Positions 50,929 through 64,000 of a stretch of DNA of 64,000 nt are shown here, in pieces. Position 1 is the first letter of the stretch, and every line of letters begins with the position of its first letter. Source of the stretch: Octopus vulgaris (Eukaryota); contig OX597824.1 of NCBI GenBank assembly GCA_951406725.2, positions 43,896,001 to 43,960,000 on the forward strand, given 5' to 3'. Made by a program: the position numbers and the translations under genes. The notes below the pieces were generated by a model. The model made no database searches. It was not told the DNA's origin and worked only from the letters and a program-made list of their open reading frames with translations.

Positions 50929-52061
50929 TTCTGTTGTGTCTGGAGAGAGTCATTTTCTTTTTGTGCCTTATTATGTAACACACTCACCGGTAAAATTTCA
51001 ACTTTTTTCTTATTTTTATTGTTCTAAAAATTTTCGTTGTGTCTTGCAACTTGTTCAGTAGTTTTGACTCTGTCCGTTATTTACACTGCGTATGGAGGTA
51101 TGGTATTTACCTTGTATATTTGCTATTTAGTATTGGAGAGGTTTCATTTATAAGGACATACTCCCGTATTTGTCTGAGTGTTGGGTCTTTTGGGTGCTTG
51201 GATAAGATGCGGATGTCAAGTTGACCCAAATTACCTCCATGGTGGTCTTTGGCATGTTGGTAGAGTATGGAGGACTGTTTTCTGTCATCATATTGTCTTA
51301 GATGTTTACACAGGTAGAGTAGAATAGCTAGTGGACTGTTAGGTAGATAAATGTATGTATGTGGGTGTGAGTGTGTGTGTGTATGCACTTTTTTTTTACC
51401 TGTACGTAAGCATATAGATATGAAAATAAACAGATCAATATACAGACGGATAGGTATATGGGCTATAAGAACAGACACATGGAGACACAGATCCACACAT
51501 ATAAAGATGCACATCCATACATACAAACATGGTACATAGTTGCATAACACACACACACAGACATGCACACACAAGGAGACAGAGGTGCATACGTATACAC
51601 ACACATGCTCATACACACGTACATAGAAAATACACAAACACAGACATGCACGCACATAAATATGCAGGATACGTACATACAGATGCACACACATATATAC
51701 ATATGCATACACACACATATATACATATATATATACATACACATGCAAACACACACATACATATATATATACATGCACGCATGTATAAGCACACACACAC
51801 ACACACACTGACCCACACACATGTGCACAAACAAACAAAAGGGAATGCAGTGTAAATAACGGACAAAACTATTGAAAAGGTTGCAAGATGCAACGAAAAT
51901 TTTAGGAAAATAAAAATAAGAAAAAAGTTGAAATTTTACCGGTAAGTGTGTTACATAATAAGGCACAAAAAGAAAATGACTCTTCCCAGACACAACAGAA
52001 TATGCTTCAACACACGAACTCATATAAAGAATCTTGCAAACCAAATCCAAAAACGAAATAT
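50929..52061 (-). mobile_element. Penelope-like element with ~160-bp inverted pLTRs and GIY-YIG C-terminal fragment
   Basis: Arms at 50926-51089 and 51847-52003. Encodes SILYQHAKDHHGG...LRQIREYVLINETSPILNSK. Perfect 12-bp TSD AATTAAAGGATA at 50917 and 52062. Confidence 0.85.
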
Positions 52062-52199
52062 AATTAAAGGATAATGATGCTTAAATGGCTGACAATGACA
52101 TCTGGATCTGATTTATCATCTTTTCTATCCAGCTGTGTAGAGTAAATTTTAACTCCATAAAAAGAGTTAAAGAGCAACATATTCACCATTGCTAACAGT

Positions 52200-52964
52200 A
52201 TGAATTTTTAAGCAGTAGTACTTTATGCTAGCAATGGTAAACATTTACAGCCTACCATCTGCAGTAGTCGCTTGACTAAGGATAACAGTCTGTCATTTCT
52301 CTATTGCATTGTTAAAGGTTATGAAAAATAGATACAGCTCATCTACTGAAAAAGAAAACAGCAGTAGTTATCAATAAATGAGAGATCAGTGCTAACACCA
52401 AAACCAAGATTTCATCTACAGAAGTCTTTGCTTCACATCTGGTGGAACATGGATGGTGTTGTCCATTATGAGATACTGAAACAAGGAATAATTATCACTG
52501 CAGATGTTTATTGCTAGTAACTTGACTGTGCAAATGAAGCATTATGTCAAAATTGGCCAGCTTTGATAAACAGAAAAGATGTTAATCTCCAGCTTAATTA
52601 TGCAAGGACTGACTATATAAATTTAGTAAAAGACTAGTTTGTTAGGATGGGAAGTTCTTCCACACACACCCATACTCACTAGCTTTTAATGTGTGCAGAT
52701 GATTTTTACTTGTTTTGATTGCTAGAGCATTCCATAGTTAGCAGAACATTCAGAAACAAAAAAAAAATTGAAAATGTCAAACATTTTTTCACCAAAAAAA
52801 TGGAACTTTTAAACTTAAGAATCAATTTTTTGCCTTCTTGTTGAGCTATTGTCATTGATAATGAAGTGTGTTATATTATTGATAAATAGTATTTAATTAA
52901 ACCTTACTGACATTTGTTTTTCCTTTCCTTATGAAAATACATAATTACTTCCTGAACACCCTAA
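52200..52964 (+). mobile_element. Decayed mariner element
   Basis: Encodes TPKP..H..K.LL.IWWNMDGVVHYEIL.QG..ITADVYC and LGWEVLPHTPYS. Mariner-type 3' TIR 'aattacttcctgaacaccctaa'. Confidence 0.85.
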
Positions 52965-53340
52965 TGTATTAAAATACGGAATCAGAGCATGAACTTAAAT
53001 ACAGTGGTTTCAACATTATTTTAGTTTCCATTTATAATCAATACTATTATGTTTATAATAGCATTTGGAAAAGGCATAGATATCAAAATCACCAGTAATC
53101 TTTCTCTTAAAATTTTCAGGTCTCTGATTCATGTATGAAATCATGTTCATTCCTCTATATTGAAGTAACCATGTACTTAGAAAAATTGTTCTTATTGAAA
53201 AACAATGCAAGACTTCTGGTTCTAAAATTGTAATTTCTTGCTACTGTTGCATTGTATCCTTCAACCAGAAATTTCCCTTTGTCTGTTAAGGGACTTCTTA
53301 TCTAATCAAAGATTTGTTTCCTTTTTCTTCTTCTTTATAG

Positions 53341-53446
53341 AACCTTGTTTCACAGAATGAAAAGCAGCAAGATTTGCAACAAATTAATCTTTTAAAAAGG
53401 AAGTTAGCTGAGACAAATGATGAACATGACAGCAAAAAACCTAAAG
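53341..53446 (+). CDS. ZNF830: ZNF830 exon 3
   Basis: Polypyrimidine tract plus TAG acceptor. Encodes NLVSQNEKQQDLQQINLLKRKLAETNDEHDSKKPK with a bipartite NLS-like KRK...KKPK. Donor G|GTTTTG is weak; phase 0 to 1. Confidence 0.8.
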
Positions 53447-54201
53447 GTTTTGCAATTTTCTATTAGTGTTTGTTAGAATACATCAATTAATTTTCAGTGC
53501 TAGATTTTTCTTGTTTTTTAGCACTTGTTTTGTCTCTTCAATGATGGATAGTAAAGAGTTATAGTTATCGTATGAAAATTCTATCTCTTTAAACATACCC
53601 AGAATTGAGAGCTTTCAAATTGGGTACCATGTTTACTATGAACAGAACTTAGAACACCTAACTTGGTGATTAATGAAAGAGGCAATAAATGATAGCTTCA
53701 GAAGTAGCTCTTAGATCCTACAATTTCAAGTGCCCAGGTTCTGTTAATTGAGTAAGTTGGCTAATTTTAATGTTAATGAACTTAGTAGATTCAGTAATTA
53801 TTCAATGTTTTGATAGTTCGTCAAACAGGTTATTAAATTTTAGATTAACATATTCATCAGAATCAGTGAAAGATGCAAGTTTATCTTTAAATTCAATCTG
53901 AAGTGATCAAAATTTTGATAATGCAATGTCTTTGTGAAGACATTGACTACCACTACAATAAGCCACTGTAGCAGTACCAAAAATCAATTTCCATTTGAAT
54001 ATTTGCCATGATGATGATATTGGGTTTCAACATACCTTTGCAAAATGTCCTATCATCTAACCATTAGGACATCATTTATCAACAGCAGGATGTTCTTTAC
54101 AGCCACAGAAAAAAACAAAAATTTTAGCCTGAAGTTAATTTCTCATCAACAGTAATATAAGGATTATGGTCATTTATAGTAAATGACATCCATAACATTA
54201 A

Positions 54202-54421
54202 CCCTGCAGCATTTAAACCAGCCAGGTCAGGCCAAAATAATCTACCTGTTGTATGTTGAAACCAGCTAGATCTGGCCTCTCACACCTACCCTACAATGTC
54301 ACTGTAAAACTAAGCACTCAATTCATTGAAATTTCAAAGCTTCAAGATAATGCATGATTAATTCAAAACAATGTGGATAAATAAACATTACATTTGACAG
54401 AATAATATGAATGCTAAAGAG
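54202..54421. mobile_element. TTAA-flanked (piggyBac-type) MITE
   Basis: TTAA|CCCTGCAGCATT ... AATGCTAAAGAG|TTAA. Confidence 0.7.
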
Positions 54422-57229
54422 TTAATAGTAGATTTTTCTACTGGAACTTTGTAAACAGCATCCTACATCATAAAGGTTTTCCTTGCTTTAAGACATGAGG
54501 CAAAGCTATAACAAACTGCTTTTCAGTTGGTTTCTCAGTTTAGTCCTTGGAAAAAAGTCTCTAATATCATCATTCACAAATGATTTATGAAATTTTCAAT
54601 ACTTTGATATTTTAATGTTCTTGTCTGGCTGTGTTAGCTTTCAAGCTAAATTTATGAAAGACTTCTGCAGAATTATCCTTTAACATAAGAATGTTGATTC
54701 TTAATGGTGACACTTGATTATAACTTCTGAACTGAGAAAAATTGTGGCTTTCCATGATGCCAAGGGATCCCACCATGGATAAGTTTTACATTGGAGAAGC
54801 TATTGTCTAACATTGTCAATTCCTCCACCATTTTCATAAGCGGTGAGCTTTCCTGTGCATGAAACTCTTGTGATCTCACATAATTCTGTTGTTAGTAATT
54901 GACACAATATAATACAGTTATACAATATCCAAAATTATGGTCATATACATTTATCTTTCATTTGTAGTACTATATACCAAATGACAGTCAGTTGGAATAA
55001 ATATTTTCTGGAATGTTTTAGACAAACATCACAATCTCTTTAGAAATACAACCCAATCCATGTTCTGCACCAAATTAAAGTGTGACACACTGGAAGGAAA
55101 GGAAAGAGTTATATATCTTCATTTAGATAACTTTTTTCTTTTAAGTTGTCAATTTTTTAATGTTCTCTTTCTTTGGGGGTTTTTATTGTTATTAAGTGAA
55201 AGTTATTTAATTGCTGATCAAATTTATTTTTATCCCACTCCTCAATCAACTGCAGCTCTCTGTTCTTCTATTTAGAGGTTCTTATATCACCTCTTTGGCA
55301 AGTACAGTGAAATGTATGCTTTGCTAAGGAGGTCCAGTAATATCAAAACATATCTGAAGTTGTCTCCCATACTTGCTAAAATTATTGGTTTCAAATTTTG
55401 GCACAAGGCCAGCAGTTTCAGGAGATGGGGTTAGTTGATTATATCATCTTTTTTCCAACTGCTACTTATATCAAACCTGAAAGGATGAAAGGCAAAATTG
55501 ACCTTGGCAGAATTTGTACTCAAAATGTAAAGACAGATGAAATACCACAAAGCAATTTTTTTAGCATGCTGACAATTCTGTCAGCTCGCTGCCTTAGTTG
55601 CTGAAATTATTAAAATAATATTAGTTACTGAGCTAGTGTTGGCTCTTCTTTGCTGCATAATTATTTTTAATTACTTAATTAAATATGTAGTGCTTATAGG
55701 ATTATATCAACTTTAGTTGGGAGTCAGTTCTTCACAATAGTAGATTTCTAATCTATTTAGATTCTAAAGTTAAGACTGGAAAGAAACGAGAAGAAATAAA
55801 AGATGATAATAAAGAGAATCCTAAGTTTTGAAAGGTAGATTTAGAGAAAGAATACCTAAATTTTTGATAAAGTTTGTTTTCTTACTTTTTCAATATATCT
55901 TTTTTTGTCTTGATTTTTAGCTTCAATTCTGAAGAATAGTTTGAAAACAAATTCCTCAAAGTAAGTTTCATATTTTGATAAAAGAATTGTTTTGCTGGAT
56001 AGTTTAAAAACAAAAACTGAATCAAATGTTAAAGTGGTTAAAATATTCTTATATTTGACATTATAAGCATCAGTTTCTTTCAAAAGATAGAAAATGGCTA
56101 ACATGACCCAAACCACATATCAGTCACTTACCAGGTGGCCATGCTACTAACTTCACAATGAAAGGGTTCCATTCTATTCCCAAATCTGATATAATTTGAT
56201 TCATAAGGATATTTTCATGCAAATGTCAATCAGGTCACCTTATGTTAGTCATTAATAGAATAGCCTATTCTACTAGCATTAATTAACTGCCAGATTCACT
56301 TGTGGAGTAAAACTAGTACAATTAAAATAACAGGAATAATTTTAAAACCCAACTTGAGGTGATGGAATGGTGTTGCCTTCTAATATATTTGATAATATTT
56401 TCACCCCATAAGTGATAGCTAAATATACAGTCCAAGCCCTGTCTGTAGGTGTGTTAATTCTTAACTGTCACAAATTGGTGCTTATAATGTTTTGAGATGA
56501 GGCAATAGCAAGAATGACTGCAGAGATGTTATTATTCATTTTGATTCTTTCATACTGGAATATAATGAGTCAGTCTGCAAAACAGCAACATTCTACATAT
56601 TTCATCTTAAACACTCACAGTGCCAGTGTGTTGAGTGCCAGCTCCTTCACTACAGTTTATGTTGATGCTAGACTTAGAAAAATTATCTAATGATGTTATT
56701 TCTCTTAAAATGGTACAGACAGGGTAGAAGTAGCTTGCCAAGCAAACCCAATTCTTAAAGTGGATTTGCTTGCCAGTTTTTTCAGTTTGTCTATTGTCAT
56801 CTGTGTTCAAGTGAATGTTCTAGAGTCTATACAGAATCATAAAGTTGTATATAATCTTAAGACCTGATAGGCATGGGACACTACTATGGTCCTGTTGTTT
56901 CTAATATTGTCATCTCTATGTGTGTTTGGTTGCAGAAATTCAGTTAAAAGTTTTTTTGACCAATTTTTCTGATACTTTAATGTTCTGTATATCCATTATT
57001 TACGGTTTAAAACGTAATTTCCCCCACGTGGGGAAATTAATATTGTCACACTGCTATTAATGCAAGCGTTAGCTTCCACTTCTGTCATATTAAGCTCTAT
57101 GAACTTATTTGTTTCAATACTTGTTAAATGTTCTATTTTCCATTAAATTCACTTCTAATTGCATGATTGATTTGTTTCTTGTCTACATTTTTCTGTGAAG
57201 TTTATCAAACAAGACAAGCTTCCCTATAG

Positions 57230-57358
57230 TTGATGAATCTGATGACTCAATGTCAGACAGTGATTCAGAAGCTGATCTATCTGAGACAAAAAATGTTTCC
57301 ATCCCTTCCGAAAAATCAACTGATGCCAACTCAGCCACAGCCTCATCACTTCCTAAAG
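57230..57358 (+). CDS. ZNF830: ZNF830 exon 4 (acidic/Ser-rich)
   Basis: Acceptor ttccctatAG gives the required phase 1. Encodes VDESDDSMSDSDSEADLS...SSLPK. Donor G|GTGAGA. Confidence 0.78.
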
Positions 57359-59049
57359 GTGAGAATTTAAACTATTATATTAATGTTCTCTGTCATTGCA
57401 TCAACTTTACTTTCCATTTTCCTAAGACTGATAAGCTATATACCTGTAGCTTATGCACAGGTAAATTCAGTTAATTCTATTCTCTTCTTAACCAAATGCA
57501 TCTGGTGTGTAGTTGGGAAAATATCAGGAGGGTACTCTGCCTAGTAGAAATAACAGACCAAATTTCCCTCAAACCATACTCCACCATCTTAAAAAGGAAA
57601 GGTGACATGTGTATCCAGGATATTGTAGCCTTGGATATTTTATAGATTGGGTAATCACAGCTAGAATGCCTTTAATCATAAGTCTGCTTGATCATGGCTA
57701 ACCTGGGACTAAGATAACGGCTTCATCATTAACTGCTCTGAGTGTGGTCAAATAACAATAAGATCTTGATAAAGCTGTATGCCAACTTTTTTCAATTCCT
57801 AACCTAAACTGTTTCACATACCTTATAAATGAAAGGTATGTAATGTCACCAGTTCTCATTTCACTTGCCTGGTCCAAGTTGTCATTTAATCCAAGCTCAA
57901 TCCTGATTTGCAGCTTTGATCCATCCTATTTCATTTTCAAGGACTACAACATCCAGTTTGACTTCCTCTTTCATGATAGTTGGATGTAAGTTCAGGGATA
58001 TTTGGCTACTATTTCTAGCAAGTTGAATACCTATATAGAGGTTTTCTTTTCAGTTCTTTCTTGGTTGTAGTTATTTAGCCCCAGGCCAATCCTAGCTGAG
58101 CAGACCTCTGATGAAAGTTTCACCCCCATGGCCATTCCTCTTTTTTTCCTAGCATAGAACTACATTATCCAAAATGGCTGAGGTTTGTTTGTTCTAAGAA
58201 AGGAGTGTGATCTGAGAAACAGTTTGCTGTTAATTTTAGCAGGTTATGCAAGCACTTAGAAGATCTATCATTGACTTATACCCACCCCAATAAAACTACA
58301 GGGCACTCTAACTGAAAAACAATTGGAATGTCACAGCTTGTTCTTACAAATAATGGTTTCATAGTTCATATCCTACATGGGCTAAGGTATCTGTTCATTT
58401 CTCTTTCAAATGGATAAAATAAAGAAAAATAATCACTTTATTTTACTACATCAAGCTTTCCATCAATTCACTCTCCTCGGTTTTCTTTTTTATATAGAAT
58501 AGTCTAGTAGCTCACATTTAATTACCATCTAGAAGAATGTACAGTATTGTATTCAGCCATCATTATCATTATTATTTCATCCAGTCTCTGTTCTACCCAT
58601 CTTCCATGAGTCTGACAAACCTATCTGTATTCAACTACGTCTGTACTAATGTGTGTTAATTGAATGAATATTTTACAGTTGTGTATTTCATAACACACTC
58701 ATCAACCACCACCACCACTACTACCTTCATTTAGTGTGTAACCTTGGTAGTATCTTTACTGTTACCATGACAACAGTGCAGCAGTTGTAAGAATGTTTCA
58801 CACAACAGGTCTGTTTGAATTAAAAGTCACAACTAGAAAAACTAATTTTCACTTTCAGTACATATTATACATAATGTATTCAAATCTACTACCACCATTT
58901 TCTTGTATCCTTATTTCAGTTTCCTTGACTGATGAAACAATTTCCATCCACTTCATAGTTATTAATTAGGAGTTAATACTTGAAAAGATTTTCAGTTAAA
59001 ACAACAACTAATTATGCAATTAATCTTTTTTTTCTTTACTACTTGTTGA

Positions 59050-59350
59050 ATCTGTAGGGTGAGGCTGAGCCCATGGCCCATGCAGGCTCATGCAGTTAAT
59101 GTCGCAGTTAAACTGTTACAAGTTAGGAAAAACAAAGATAGGGAAGAAACCCCACACCTTAGAGCCAGAGGCTGGAGTGTATCCATTAGTGATGAGTTGT
59201 CAAGTGACCTTTCTCTGGATATGGTCATAGCAGCTTTGTTCTAGATGCTGGTGCAGTACTCCCTTGTGGGCTTCATTTGAGCCTTGTTGAGTATCAGTAG
59301 TAAGGGACTGAGATATTTTCTGGCTCTTAAGAAAATGTCAGTCATTGGAA
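59050..59350 (-). mobile_element. CR1/Zenon-like LINE RT C-terminal fragment
   Basis: Encodes RARKYLSP..LILNKAQMKPTREYC.SI...LQPLALR.GVSSL. Confidence 0.65.
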
Positions 59351-59940
59351 TGTGGTTCTAACTATGCTTAGGGTGTATTGTATGTTTTCATGGAAAAATG
59401 GATAAAAGCAACAAAAATGAGAGCTCAACCATTTTACTGTGTAATGGAAATGATGCTTCCTGTTTTTCATTAACATTCCACAGAGACTTATGAGCACAAG
59501 ATGCAAAATGTTTTGAACTCACAATCTTTACAGTTGTAACCTCACAATCACTTTGTTTTTTGCTGATTAGTGCAACTTAGTAAATCCCTCGTTTGTTTCT
59601 TTTTTGTTTTTTCTATCAGAATAGGGGTTTTGTTTTAAAAGATGTGAAGGATCATCACTTCATTAGTAATTCATTTATAATCTTCTCCCTTCTAACTCAG
59701 TTTATTTTTCACAGAATTGTAACATAATGTTATACAATCCAGTTCTTCATTACTTTCACATGAGGTTAATAGTTTTGCAAATTTACATATTTGCATTAAG
59801 TTTTTTAAATATTAATTTATTTTATAGCTTAGTAGTTTTCCTGCTTCTGACTACTCATCACAACAGTTCACAATGAAAATGGATTTTATGATTAACAATT
59901 GAAATAGAAATTAAAATGCCTTCACTTCATCTTATTTCAG

Positions 59941-60062
59941 ACTTCTTCGATTCTGGATCGGCACCTGCTGAAAATAAAGATGAAGCTGGTAATGATTCTG
60001 AAAGTAAGATAGCTAATGTCTTGCCTGAAGGCTTTTTTGATGACCCTGTGATTGATGCTAAG
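59941..60062 (+). CDS. ZNF830: ZNF830 exon 5 (gene continues beyond window)
   Basis: Acceptor tatttcAG. Encodes DFFDSG...LPEGFFDDPVIDAK, the ZNF830 hallmark LPEGFFDDP. Donor AAG|GTAGGT. Confidence 0.93.
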
Positions 60063-60863
60063 GTAGGTTATATTTTCACTTGAACAGGTATTATATACAC
60101 TACCTGTTGCTACTTTATTGAATACCATAGTATTGACAGCTTATAAAATGTGTAAAGTATAAGATGCTTCTCAATCTTGGTGCGCTCTTTCTTGAAAGAC
60201 AGTAAAAAAAAACCTTGTTTTCACCTTACATTTGTAGTCCTCATTATCAGATCATTTTAAAGTTTGATGTATTTAGATCCTTATGCAACCCACTATTTCC
60301 CAGTAAAAACCACAATCCTTTCATTAAATTCTAAAATAATCAGTTATTAAAACTGGTTTCATAAAACTTTTTATATTTATTGAGTGTTTTGCACTCACTT
60401 AAATGGTTCTTTAATGGAGTTTTTTGTTTCAAAACTACTTGAATTACATGTCAGTCCAAGTATCATCTGAAATGTAAAGTTATTTAAATGTTGTTTCAAT
60501 ATCACCATATCAAAATAAATTATTTGCTAATACCATATTATATAGTTTACTAAATGCCCATTGTTATATTTATGACAAAATTTACCTAATTTCATTCAGT
60601 TTGTCCTTGTTATTTTATGGAATACTTGAACTGAAATAAACAAAAGTAAATATGCAATGAGTTTTTGAGTCATGAAGATGACTTTAGAAGAACAAATTGC
60701 TTTTAAAAGTTTCTTTTTTTAACTGACCGCAAGTTTGTTTATGCATATGGTCAATCTTGCATTTAATTTTCCTTCTAACTGCTGTTATATGAAGAAGTAC
60801 TATTGCTATGCATTGTTACCTTTGAAAATTACTTTGGCTAATAACTTCATTGTAAGATAAACT

Positions 60864-61650
60864 AGGCGCAGGAGTGGCTGTGTGGTAAGTAGCTTGCTAA
60901 CCAACCACATGGTTCCGGGTTCAGTCCCACTGCGTGGCATCTTGGGCAAGTGTCTTCTGCTATAGCCCCGGGCTGACCAATGCCTTGTGAGTGGATTTGG
61001 TAGACGGAAACTGAAAGAAGCCTGTCGTATATATGTATATGTATATATAAGTGTGTGTGTATATGTTTGTGTGTCTGTGTTTGTCCCCTAATATTGCTTG
61101 ACAACCGATGCTGGTGTGTTTACGTCCCCGTAACTTAGCGGTTCGGCAAAAGAGACCGATAGAATAAGTACTGGGCTTACAAAGAATAAGTCCCGGGGTC
61201 GATTTGCTCGACTAAAGGTGGTGCTCCAGCATGGCCGCAGTCAAATGACTGAAACAAGTAAAAGAGTAAAGAGAGTAGTGGTGGCTGTGTGGTAAGTAGC
61301 TTGCTTACAAACCACATGGTTCCGGGTTCAGTCCCACTGCGTGGCACCTTGGGCAAGGGTCTTCTACTATAGCCTCGGGCCGACCAAAGCCTTGTGAGTG
61401 GATTTGGTAGACGGAAACTGAAAGAAGCCCGTTGTATATATGTATATGTATATATATGTGTCCCCCCCTCCAACATCGCTTGACAACCGATGCTGGTGTG
61501 TTTACGTCCCTGTAACTTAGCGGTTCAGCAAAAGCAACCGATAGAATAAGTACTAGGCTTACAAAGAATAAGTCCTGGGGTCGATTTGCTCGACAAAAGG
61601 CAGTGCTCCAGCATGGCCACAGTCAAATGACTGAAACGAGTAAAAGAGTA
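60864..61650 (+). mobile_element. Two tandem young tRNA-derived SINEs (60864-61275, 61281-61650)
   Basis: A-box TGGCTGTGTGG, B-box GGTTCAGTCCC, central TA/TG microsatellite and (GTAAAAGA) tail. AGAGTAGTG flanks the second copy on both sides. Confidence 0.85.
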
Positions 61651-62912
61651 GTGCTACTTTTTCTCAAGTGTTTATCTACATCTGGCATAGGATTTTTTTT
61701 GTTAATATTTATTTTTCTAAACAGTATTTGATGTTTGGTTTAATATTCTTCATTGCATGTTAAGTTCTCAATTAACTCATAAACCTCTACCCCACATCAC
61801 AAACATACTCTACCCTCACCATTGTTGTTATGAAGTCTTCTTCCTTCACTAATATCCAGAGGGGCTCTATTTATTGTGCCATGTTTGTAGTTGAAAATAT
61901 ATTTAATGTTGTGTGGGTAACATGTTGCTAATCAGCTTGCTTCTTGTTGACATCCACAGTTTTTTTTATTCATTTCTTCTACTTAACCATAGAGAAAAAA
62001 ACAGATCATCATTTCACATCCATTTTCCATGCTGATATAGTTGGATGATTTGGCAGGAGCTGGCAAGGCCAGGAGCCACACCAGGTTCCATAGCCTGTTT
62101 TGGCATGGTTTCTACAGCTGGATGCCCTTCCTAACACCAACAACTTTACCGAGTATACTAGATAGTTTTTTACATGGTACCCTCATCAGTGCTTTTTATA
62201 TGCACCAACACCAGTGCTTTTTATGTGGTACCAGCATCAGTGTTTCTTACATGAAGCTATCACTGACAGAATCATCAAGAATTTTGCTGAGGACTGAGAC
62301 TTGGTGAATACCTACCTGTACTCTAAATTTGTCACTGTATTCATGGCTAATTCTTACCTTACTAATAGCACCCCTGTACATGGCCTGTATTACTTTTACA
62401 AGCCACTCACCTACACCTAGCTTCCTCAGAGCCCACCATGTCACACAGCTGAATCCGCTATCAAAGGCTTTCTCCAGATCAACAAATGCCAAGTACAACA
62501 GCTTATTCTTTGCTAAATACTTCTCTTGCAGTTGCCTGACTATGAAAATAGCATCAGTAGTAATGACTTGTAGGGACCACCATATTTTGCTATGCAACCA
62601 TAATATACTACAAAGTATAATACATGCTTTTATATGTCAATATTGTGTTCTATTGTGTTAGTAGTGCTATTACACCACTTGTTCAAGTTATCTCTATAGA
62701 TTTTCTATAAAAATTATAGCCAGCACTGATTTTATTACATTTCGTATCTGAGATGCTTAATGTAAACATTTTCTTAATCACTCATCTTTTCTTTGTTATT
62801 TGAACAATGTATTTCAATCTCTGTATGATGATAGTGATGAATCCCATATTCAAGGATTTATAGTGGTGAAGTGGATAAGGTGTCAGCTTTACAGTTAAAT
62901 ACTTATATATTT

Positions 62913-63303
62913 GTATTGTTTATGGTCACTTTAATGTGGCTATCCACTAAGAGATGACAATATTGCCATTTAACCCCGGGAAGACATCTCCTCCAGCTGG
63001 TTTATTCAGTGTGTTTCTCACACTCAATATTTATTGCAAGCGGGAGATAATTCCTGCCACCTTAGCTCTGAGAACCAGACCATGTGGTTTTAATCTGTAT
63101 TTGATCTGCTTGGTGACAGGCACTTATTCACCAGGCTTGGCAACAGTTTAACCTTGCTTGCAATATATAGAAAATACAGTGTCATACAATCACTGATTTT
63201 GTAACTAGGAATAAACCAGCTTAAGGAGATGTCTTCCTGGGATTAAATGGCAGTATCATTGTCTCTTAGAGAAGAGATACATTAAAGTGACCATAATCAA
63301 TAC
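62913..63303. repeat. Imperfect ~95-bp inverted repeat, related to the pLTR-like repeat at about 12000
   Basis: Arms at 62913-63007 and 63209-63303. 'gacatctcctccagctgg' is shared with 12068-12085. Confidence 0.7.
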
Positions 63304-64000
63304 TTTTGGGTTCATATACTGCTTCTATCTCGAACAGAGGTTTTCTAACGGACTAGTTTCCTAATTATATATTCATAATCTTTAATTGGTGCCATGATTT
63401 AGTTAAAGCATAGATTTAATTTGTTGTCCAATTTAACATCATTCCCTGGTCCTTGGGTACCCTTAGTGGAATTCAGAGTAAGTTCCTCACTTCTTTCCTC
63501 TAAAAAGTGAAGGGTTATGGGCACTGTCCTTTCCTATCTGACTAAGCTGTCACCCAAAATTGGCATCAGAAAAGTTATCTGCTATCTTCTGTAGACCACT
63601 ACAGAAGATAGCAGTAATGGTCTACCATGAAAACTGTCAGTTTCTGGCTCAGAATTTCTGGAACCACAGTTGACATTGGTTTATGCTTATTGTCTGATCC
63701 CCATATACTGCATTAATATTCATCACACTTTCTGTTGCGTTGTTGCCTTTATTGAACTCATAAGCAAAATATGCTAAATATGCTTTTTCATCACTTCCAT
63801 TATAGCTTTGAAAAAATAATTTTCAAAGCTATAATTATTGATATCGAACTGCACTCTTCAAAACTACCCATTGTCTTTGGGGCTCGACATTTTCCAGTGT
63901 GATAGATTTCTGTATCAATTTAAACTTCTCATACCCTAATTAATACAATATTAATGATATATTTTTTTACTCAATTCAAAGTATAATTTATGCCAGCCTA

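Noticed and set aside
51351-52050. Cys/Val/Tyr- and His/Thr-rich ORFs
   Set aside because: They translate a CA/TA low-complexity tract inside the Penelope element.
57201-57229. Alternative acceptor tgtgaAG at 57200 for ZNF830 exon 4
   Set aside because: Its phase is incompatible with exon 3. Only the acceptor at 57229 keeps the frame.
60864-60940. Possible tRNA genes (also 3813, 16090-16160 and 35650-35730)
   Set aside because: A/B boxes are present, but no complete cloverleaf was evident and they continue into repeat bodies.

Overview
AT-rich, repeat-dense animal genomic DNA. The SINE, RTE, Dong/R4 and Penelope content and the (TA)n/(ATT)n microsatellites suggest a mollusc, probably Octopus (inference). 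Two intron-containing housekeeping genes lie head-to-head. MGME1 (mitochondrial genome maintenance exonuclease) is on the minus strand with 4 coding exons (38413->18402, about 395 aa, complete). ZNF830/CCDC16 is on the plus strand with 5 coding exons from 45345 and runs off the right end. The first ZNF830 intron is a U12-type (minor spliceosome) intron: GTATCCTT donor, TTCCTTGAC branch site. Most of the rest is transposon debris: R4/Dong LINEs piled up in (TAA)n tracts, RTE LINEs with a PHD-type zinc finger inside the RT (one copy has an uninterrupted RT frame), Penelope-like elements with inverted pLTRs and hammerhead motifs (one is an intact minimal type I hammerhead), Tx1 and CR1 remnants, hAT, piggyBac, Tc1/mariner and Merlin DNA transposons, MITEs and tRNA-derived SINEs. 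All calls were made by eye, without database searches.
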